Shown piece after piece: positions 15,237 through 20,000 of a DNA stretch of 20,000 nucleotides; position 1 is the stretch's first letter; each line of letters opens with the position of its first letter. The translations under genes and the position numbers were made by a program. The stretch lies in the IMG/VR virus record IMGVR_UViG_3300042886_000142; one strand, written 5' to 3'. Under the pieces are notes generated by a model. That model saw only the letters and a list, made by a program, of their open reading frames with translations. It was not told the DNA's origin and searched no databases. This DNA is from an uncultured virus (IMG/VR IMGVR_UViG_3300042886_000142). Its lineage: Duplodnaviria; Heunggongvirae; Uroviricota; Caudoviricetes.

Positions 15237-15473
15237 ATGGCACAGTATGATCCTGCAAAAAGGTACACCTGGACTCCTGAAGACACATTTGAAATCTCAG
15301 GACAAGACTTCGGTCTAATTCTTAACACTGTTAGATCTTATCTATCATCAGAAGAAGCAGCACGTTTTCAATTGATGATGAAAGCTAACGAGGTTATTGA
15401 AAAATTAATGATAGCTGGCGTTGAAGCTGATATCATTAAAGAAGTTGAAGCAGAAGCTCCAGTAGCAGAATAA
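15237..15473 (+). CDS. Hypothetical acidic protein
   Basis: 78-aa ORF downstream of a promoter and an A-rich leader. Confidence 0.75.
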   Translation: MAQYDPAKRYTWTPEDTFEISGQDFGLILNTVRSYLSSEEAARFQLMMKANEVIEKLMIAGVEADIIKEVEAEAPVAE

Positions 15474-15528
15474 CAACATACCTGTTGGGAGACGAATAAC
15501 AGGTGATTTCAAACAAAAGCTCTTCTCT

Positions 15529-15732
15529 ATGAGAATATATGAACCAAAGAATAGAATAGATGTTACAACACCCAAGGGAGATGGGATAATTCTTTTTGTG
15601 ACTGATTATGGTCATGAGACAGACACCATCTATACAATTATTATAAATGAAACAGGAGAAATGTGGCAATACACCCATTCTCAATTAATAGTTAAACCCA
15701 ATATAACATTTAAACGCTATGGCAACAATTAA
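15529..15732 (+). CDS. Hypothetical protein
   Basis: 67-aa ORF (VTTPKGDG...DYG..TDTIYT) tiling on the plus strand. Confidence 0.65.
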   Translation: MRIYEPKNRIDVTTPKGDGIILFVTDYGHETDTIYTIIINETGEMWQYTHSQLIVKPNITFKRYGNN

Positions 15733-16141
15733 AAAAGCACAAGGTGGTGTAACAGCTACAAAAGATAGTACAGCTTATTTTAGTAATAAAGCTGATAAGT
15801 TATCAGCTTCTATGAAAAAGAAAAATTTAAAGGGAGATTTTAGAGGAGGATCATCAGATTTAAAAGGTGCTCTTCAAGCTTTAAAAGATGAATATAGACA
15901 AGGTAATAAAGGAAAATCTGGTTATGATAAAAATGGCTATCGTTTGAAAAATGGTGGATCTTTATCTGGACTTAAAGCCTCCAACAAAAGAGTTGGTCCT
16001 GTAGATCCTAATGGAGCATTCACAAAGGTTCAAGAAAGAACATTAGCTGGTGCTAAAGGTAAAGCTAAGCTTGTAAAAGATAAACAACTTGGTGCTACAA
16101 AGATGACAGCTAAAGCTGGAAAGAAAATCTCTAAGAAATAA
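15719..16141 (+). CDS. Lys-rich basic protein (MATIKKAQGG start)
   Basis: 140 aa, K/G/A-rich, TAATG-coupled to the next ORF. Confidence 0.75.
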   Translation: MATIKKAQGGVTATKDSTAYFSNKADKLSASMKKKNLKGDFRGGSSDLKGALQALKDEYRQGNKGKSGYDKNGYRLKNGGSLSGLKASNKRVGPVDPNGAFTKVQERTLAGAKGKAKLVKDKQLGATKMTAKAGKKISKK

Positions 16142-16305
16142 TGGCTACCACTGATAAAAAGTGGATGCAAAAAGTTTCAGCTTCTATCAAAAAACGTGGT
16201 ACTGCTGGTAAATGTACACCAATCACTAAACCTGGTTGTACAGGAAAAGCTAAAGCTCTTGCTAAAACTTTTAAAAAGATTGCTAAATCTAATAAGAAGA
16301 AATAA
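16141..16305 (+). CDS. Small Lys-rich protein, 54 aa (not in the ORF track)
   Basis: MATTDKKWMQKVSASIKKRGTAGKCTPITKPGCTGKAKALAKTFKKIAKSNKKK; TAATG overlaps at both ends. Confidence 0.8.
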   Translation: MATTDKKWMQKVSASIKKRGTAGKCTPITKPGCTGKAKALAKTFKKIAKSNKKK

Positions 16306-16580
16306 TGTCTAAGCTAAATCCACAGAACGCTACAGCTTATGTAGGCCCTGGTGTTTTACGCAAAGGAGGAAAAATCACTCCTGTTCCAAATGGTCCTCTT
16401 ATTAAGAAGAAAGGTCCATTTAAAGGAAGCACATTAAAATCTGGTGGTATGTTAAAACGTAAAGATGGATCTACATCTAGACGTGGTTTATGGGATAATA
16501 TAAGAGCTAATAAAGGATCTGGAAAGAAACCTACAGCAGCTATGTTAAAACAAGAAAAGAAAATTAAAGCTAAGAAATAA
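16305..16580 (+). CDS. Lys-rich basic protein
   Basis: 91 aa with RKGG, KSGG and GLWDNIRA motifs; coupled at both ends. Confidence 0.75.
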   Translation: MSKLNPQNATAYVGPGVLRKGGKITPVPNGPLIKKKGPFKGSTLKSGGMLKRKDGSTSRRGLWDNIRANKGSGKKPTAAMLKQEKKIKAKK

Positions 16581-16858
16581 TGGCAACAGCAGCATGGACT
16601 AGAAAAGAAGGAAAGAATCCTTCTGGTGGTTTAAACAAAAAGGGAGTGGCTTCTTATAGAGCTGCTAATCCTGGTAGTAAACTAAAGACAGCTGTAACTA
16701 CTAAACCTTCTAAACTTAAACCTGGAAGTAAAGCTGCAGGAAGACGTAAGTCATTTTGTAGTAGAATGTCAGGTATGAAAAAGAAGCTTACCAGTGCTAA
16801 GACAGCAAAAGACCCTCAATCAAGAATCAATAAGTCACTTCGTAAGTGGAATTGCTAA
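16580..16858 (+). CDS. DUF6321-like basic phage protein
   Basis: AWTRKEGKNPSGGLNKKG...RRKSFCSRM...DPQSRINKSLRKWNC pattern. Confidence 0.75.
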   Translation: MATAAWTRKEGKNPSGGLNKKGVASYRAANPGSKLKTAVTTKPSKLKPGSKAAGRRKSFCSRMSGMKKKLTSAKTAKDPQSRINKSLRKWNC

Positions 16859-16876
16859 CAATCAAAATAATATATA

Positions 16877-17338
16877 ATGGCAACAATAAAAAAAGCTCAA
16901 GCAGGAATCACTGCTAAAAAACCTGTAGTTAAAGTGGTGGAAAAGAAAACCACTGTAACAGCAAAAAAACCTAAGACTGTTTCTGAGAGAATTGGAGATT
17001 TGACATTAAGAGATGTTAAAAATTCTGCTGAAGATGCTCTTAATCTTTCCACTCTTGGTGGATATGGAGTTGCAAAGAAAAAAGTTAAAGAATTAACTGG
17101 TATGAAATCTGGTGGTAAAATGAAAAAAGCTAAGTCTGGTGGTTCATTCCCTGATCTTAATAAAGATGGAAAGATTACAAAAGCTGATGTTCTTAAAGGA
17201 CGTGGTGTTATAGCTAAGAAAGGTGTTAAAATGAAAAAAGCTCAGACTGGTGATAAATTATATCCTACATCTGGTATAGGTAAAAATGTACCAGCTAAGA
17301 GTGGTAAGTTAATGAAAAAGTGTAAAGGTGGCTGCTAG
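16877..17338 (+). CDS. Lys-rich basic protein with an EF-hand-like DxNxDG loop
   Basis: MATIKKAQAG start, repeated MKKAxxG units and FPDLNKDGKITKADVL. Confidence 0.75.
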   Translation: MATIKKAQAGITAKKPVVKVVEKKTTVTAKKPKTVSERIGDLTLRDVKNSAEDALNLSTLGGYGVAKKKVKELTGMKSGGKMKKAKSGGSFPDLNKDGKITKADVLKGRGVIAKKGVKMKKAQTGDKLYPTSGIGKNVPAKSGKLMKKCKGGC

Positions 17339-17495
17339 TAAATCTATGACAGCTGGTAAAGCTAAGAAGAGTGGTAAGCCTAGAATGGCTCCTAAGGTAG
17401 CTCCTCCTAACCCAATCAATGGGAATTACATGAAGGAAGCTGGAGATCAAGGTACAAAGAGACCTTTACTTAAGAAGAAGAAAATATCAAAATAA
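17328..17495 (+). CDS. Small Lys/Pro-rich protein (not in the ORF track; alternative start ATG 17346)
   Basis: (M)AASKSMTAGKAKKSGKPRMAPKVAPPNPINGNYMKEAGDQGTKRPLLKKKKISK; ends right before the terminator. Confidence 0.65.
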   Translation: MAASKSMTAGKAKKSGKPRMAPKVAPPNPINGNYMKEAGDQGTKRPLLKKKKISK

Positions 17496-17497
17496 AG

Positions 17498-17523
17498 AAA
17501 GCCCCTTAATTGGGGCTTTTTTT
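17498..17523. terminator. Bidirectional intrinsic terminator
   Basis: aaagcccc-ttaatt-ggggcttttttt between convergent gene blocks. Confidence 0.85.
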
Positions 17524-18172
17524 ATCTAACTGTGTATTGATTTGAGTAAACATTACCTTCTAATAACTTGTATCTTGTACCAAACTTATGTAATAGATAT
17601 GGAAGACTGAGTTGATCTTGAACAGACCATATGCAATTGTGATAGAACCACTCTTTCATTAAATTGTATTGTCTGTTAGCTATAACATTCTTAGAATATA
17701 TGAATGTTCCACATTCAAAAAGAACATTATCTATCCAGTGTACATTTTTAGAATAGTGCTCTACTTGCTCTTTCATTCTTTCTCCATCATACCTATCAAT
17801 AAGATATTGATTATCTGTAGCAATTAAACTAATGACATGGTCTAGCTCTTGTTTAACAGAACTTCTTCCTGAATGTTTAAAGAAACATGCATCTGTGTCA
17901 ATACATACATCTACCATTCTCTCTATAGCTGATTCATCTGATATTGAAAAACCAGCATCCATCCATATGTAATAGTCATAACTTGGATGATCTTCCCAAA
18001 CTATCATTTTAGGTATTTTACCACGTAATCTGGGAAACATAGCTTTTTGTCTTGGAGATTCTATTTGATCATCTATTCTATTAAATACTATTTCATACTT
18101 ATCAGATTTTTGATCTACCCATCTAGAATATAATCCACTTCCAAATGAAGCTGTTGTTACTAATACTCTCAT
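17522..18172 (-). CDS. DUF616/MUCI70-like putative glycosyltransferase
   Basis: IPK, YDYYIWMDAGF, FKHSGRSSVKQE and QDQLSLPYLL motifs. Confidence 0.62.
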   Translation of the reverse strand: MRVLVTTASFGSGLYSRWVDQKSDKYEIVFNRIDDQIESPRQKAMFPRLRGKIPKMIVWEDHPSYDYYIWMDAGFSISDESAIERMVDVCIDTDACFFKHSGRSSVKQELDHVISLIATDNQYLIDRYDGERMKEQVEHYSKNVHWIDNVLFECGTFIYSKNVIANRQYNLMKEWFYHNCIWSVQDQLSLPYLLHKFGTRYKLLEGNVYSNQYTVR

Positions 18173-18921
18173 TGTTTATTTATAAAATCTTTTAACATTT
18201 GCGCATAGTCTTTGTTCCAATGAGGATTCAAATGAACATCTCCTGTAGGGATAAGATTTTTTTGTCTTAAGCTTTCTATATATTCACTATGTCTTTGTAT
18301 TATGTTAGGCTTATCTGCAGTGTCTGTACCTTGTCCAGATTGATGATAACCACGTCCACCCCACATATAGAACCAAGAACATTCTTCATTAGGAGGAGCA
18401 GCTAAAACCATTCCTTGTCTTCCTAGATTCTGTAGAGATATAGCTAATGTCATATCTCCTCCAGCATTCTGTATTGGACTTTTACCTATTTTTTCCCAAG
18501 CTTTCTTGCTATATACAATACCTGAATTACCAAGGCCCATTATTTTGGTTATATTAGGTTCATTATAGAACACACCTCTTTCCCAATGTAATATATTAGC
18601 ATCAGGTCTCCAAAACTTAGCTATGTTAGAGAGGTGATTGCTTAGTGCTACATCATCATCATCCCATACAGCAATAAGATCTCCAGAACAATGCTCTATA
18701 GCATAGTTTTCTTTATCCCCAATTGTAGGGAATGTTTCATCCATATTATAAATTTTTATTTCTGGATGATCATATACTAACTTTTGTAGAGGGTAGTCAT
18801 TAACTATAATAAGTTCTTTCTTACCTGGATACTCTTGTAGGAGGAAACTTTGTATAGCTTCCTCCAGAGTATCTACTCTTCCATAAGTGATGCATTTGCA
18901 ACTAATGAAAGGATATTCCAT
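18169..18921 (-). CDS. GT2 family glycosyltransferase
   Basis: ISCKCITYGR..LEEAIQSFLLQEY, ELIIVND, IGDKENYAI and IAVWDDDD motifs. The start is moved to ATG 18921, just after the GroES-like stop. Confidence 0.85.
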   Translation of the reverse strand: MEYPFISCKCITYGRVDTLEEAIQSFLLQEYPGKKELIIVNDYPLQKLVYDHPEIKIYNMDETFPTIGDKENYAIEHCSGDLIAVWDDDDVALSNHLSNIAKFWRPDANILHWERGVFYNEPNITKIMGLGNSGIVYSKKAWEKIGKSPIQNAGGDMTLAISLQNLGRQGMVLAAPPNEECSWFYMWGGRGYHQSGQGTDTADKPNIIQRHSEYIESLRQKNLIPTGDVHLNPHWNKDYAQMLKDFINKQ

Positions 18922-18922
18922 A

Positions 18923-19204
18923 TTACCAGATTTGAATAATGTCAAATGGAGAAACTAACAATACAGTTTCTTCTTCTGATAGAGGGATTAATGGAGCTTT
19001 TGATAAAGCTGCTGGATCTACAAGAACAAAATCACCCACCTTCACTTCCATGTTAGCTGTACCAACACTATGAACTTTAAGTTTGTTCATCTTCTTCAAC
19101 ATTTCTTTCTCTAAAGATTCTTTTGTATTCTCATCTACGATAAGTTTGCTTTCTTCTTTCTTTGGTATCTCTAAGTAGATACGGTTTCCTAATAATCTTG
19201 CCAT
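18923..19204 (-). CDS. groES: GroES/Cpn10-like co-chaperonin
   Basis: LLGNRIYLE, VHSVG, EVKVGDFVLV and terminal LLVSPFDII motifs; 93 aa. Confidence 0.7.
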   Translation of the reverse strand: MARLLGNRIYLEIPKKEESKLIVDENTKESLEKEMLKKMNKLKVHSVGTANMEVKVGDFVLVDPAALSKAPLIPLSEEETVLLVSPFDIIQIW

Positions 19205-19206
19205 GG

Positions 19207-19482
19207 CTATTTGTATTCTGTTAAGTTAAAAAATCTTGCTGCGTCCTCTACATTCAATAGAATTTCTGATTGAACTGTTTCTCTAACACTCTTATATCCC
19301 TTCATCTTGTTAGTCCTGATGTCGATATCTGGTTGTTGTGTTACTCTCTCATTGAAATCATCTAAGATTACAATTAGACTCTCATCTTCATTAGTTAAGG
19401 TTCTAATAACCTTATTAAGATTTAAAGAAGCTTTGAACTCCTTCTCAGCTATTACAGCTGTGTAAATAAATTGATTGTTCAT
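19207..19482 (-). CDS. Hypothetical protein
   Basis: 91-aa ORF tiling within the minus-strand block, with an A-rich leader. Confidence 0.75.
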   Translation of the reverse strand: MNNQFIYTAVIAEKEFKASLNLNKVIRTLTNEDESLIVILDDFNERVTQQPDIDIRTNKMKGYKSVRETVQSEILLNVEDAARFFNLTEYK

Positions 19483-19499
19483 ATTGGTTGTTTTAATTA

Positions 19500-19760
19500 T
19501 TAAATTTCTTTTGAGAACTTTAGATCAGTAAGAATATCTTCATACATCTTCAATGGCATATTACCAGATTGTCTATGTACTTCTTTACCATCTTTTAGAA
19601 ACACCATAGTAGGAACACTTCTGATTCCATACTTTCTAGCTGTTTCTTGATCTTTCTCTATATCAATGTTGGTTATTCCTTCAACATCTTTTAGTGTGTT
19701 TGCTAACACTCTACAAGGCCCACACCATGAGGCACTAAATTTTAATACTTCTACATTCAT
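19500..19760 (-). CDS. trxA: Thioredoxin
   Basis: FSASWCGPC active site and YGIRSVPT (cis-Pro) motif. Confidence 0.92.
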   Translation of the reverse strand: MNVEVLKFSASWCGPCRVLANTLKDVEGITNIDIEKDQETARKYGIRSVPTMVFLKDGKEVHRQSGNMPLKMYEDILTDLKFSKEI

Positions 19761-19921
19761 TTTTTAAATTTAAAATATTTACTATGTTCTTTTTTTCTGG
19801 ATTTGTATTTTATTACATTTCCTTTACTATCTTTTGTAAATTGATCTATCACTTTATTGAGACCATCAAAGTATAGAATACTTATTTTTGAGACTATCAC
19901 GTCTTTTATTAACTTCATCAT
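19757..19921 (-). CDS. Possible small basic protein, 54 aa
   Basis: MMKLIKDVIVSKISILYFDGLNKVIDQFTKDSKGNVIKYKSRKKEHSKYFKFKK; ATGA overlap with the thioredoxin start, but it also overlaps the upstream ORF by ~55 nt. Confidence 0.35.
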   Translation of the reverse strand: MMKLIKDVIVSKISILYFDGLNKVIDQFTKDSKGNVIKYKSRKKEHSKYFKFKK

Positions 19922-20000
19922 ATCTATACATATCATTTTCTACGTTAGAATGTTCTTCAAGTGTCAAAAGTATAATATTTTCTTCATCTAAACAAGCTTC
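19866..20000 (-). CDS. C-terminal fragment of a possible HNH-like protein (5' part outside the window)
   Basis: EACLDEENIILLTLEEHSNVE...YSIL*; the NxxxLxxxxH spacing resembles the second half of an HNH motif. Confidence 0.4.
   Translation of the reverse strand, partial: EACLDEENIILLTLEEHSNVENDMYRYDEVNKRRDSLKNKYSIL

Noticed and set aside
2575..15684. Antisense ORFs 2575-2778, 4516-4722, 6556-6828, 8856-9044, 9596-9805, 10200-10466, 12785-12985, 13479-13721, 13631-13885 and 15436-15684
   Set aside because: Each overlaps a better-supported gene on the opposite strand and has no recognisable motif.
3902..18945. Track starts at 3902, 11229 and 18945
   Set aside because: They create overlaps with upstream genes; ATGs at 3977, 11307 and 18921 tile cleanly and begin at domain boundaries.
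3058..19209. TAG stop-codon reassignment as seen in some Bacteroidota phages
   Set aside because: Genes are full length under code 11, and the TAG codons (3060, 5934, 12998, 17338, 19207) fall at natural gene ends next to terminators or downstream starts.
1..20000. tRNA, rRNA or IS elements
   Set aside because: No cloverleaf, rRNA-like or transposase signature was seen by eye, and intergenic gaps are short; tRNAscan-SE/Infernal were not run.

Overview
AT-rich, densely coding segment that is most consistent with a large tailed phage of a Bacteroidota host. Evidence: five intergenic TAnnTTTG promoter motifs, A-rich leaders without Shine-Dalgarno sites, a holin/DUF5675/spanin-like lysis block, fibre-like repeat proteins, a GroES-like protein and thioredoxin. 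The main feature is an unusually large glycan-modification toolkit: about seven glycosyltransferase domains (GT9-like, GT-A, GT4, Aah/TibC-like, HPAT/SERGT-like, DUF616-like, GT2), a SAM methyltransferase, a sulfotransferase and a candidate minimal PAPS pathway (CysC plus a small HxGH nucleotidyltransferase plus DUF2061). These enzymes are interleaved with plausible protein acceptors: a >900-aa SGG/GGG-repeat fibre, a Gly-Thr-Ser collagen-like fibre and four small proteins ending in poly-Thr blocks, two of which share an identical T7-VAP-T7-V tail. I hypothesise a phage-encoded virion O-glycosylation/sulfation system. A cluster of six small Lys-rich proteins with shared KKAQxG/KxGG motifs is also present. 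All family calls come from reading motifs by eye; no database search was run.
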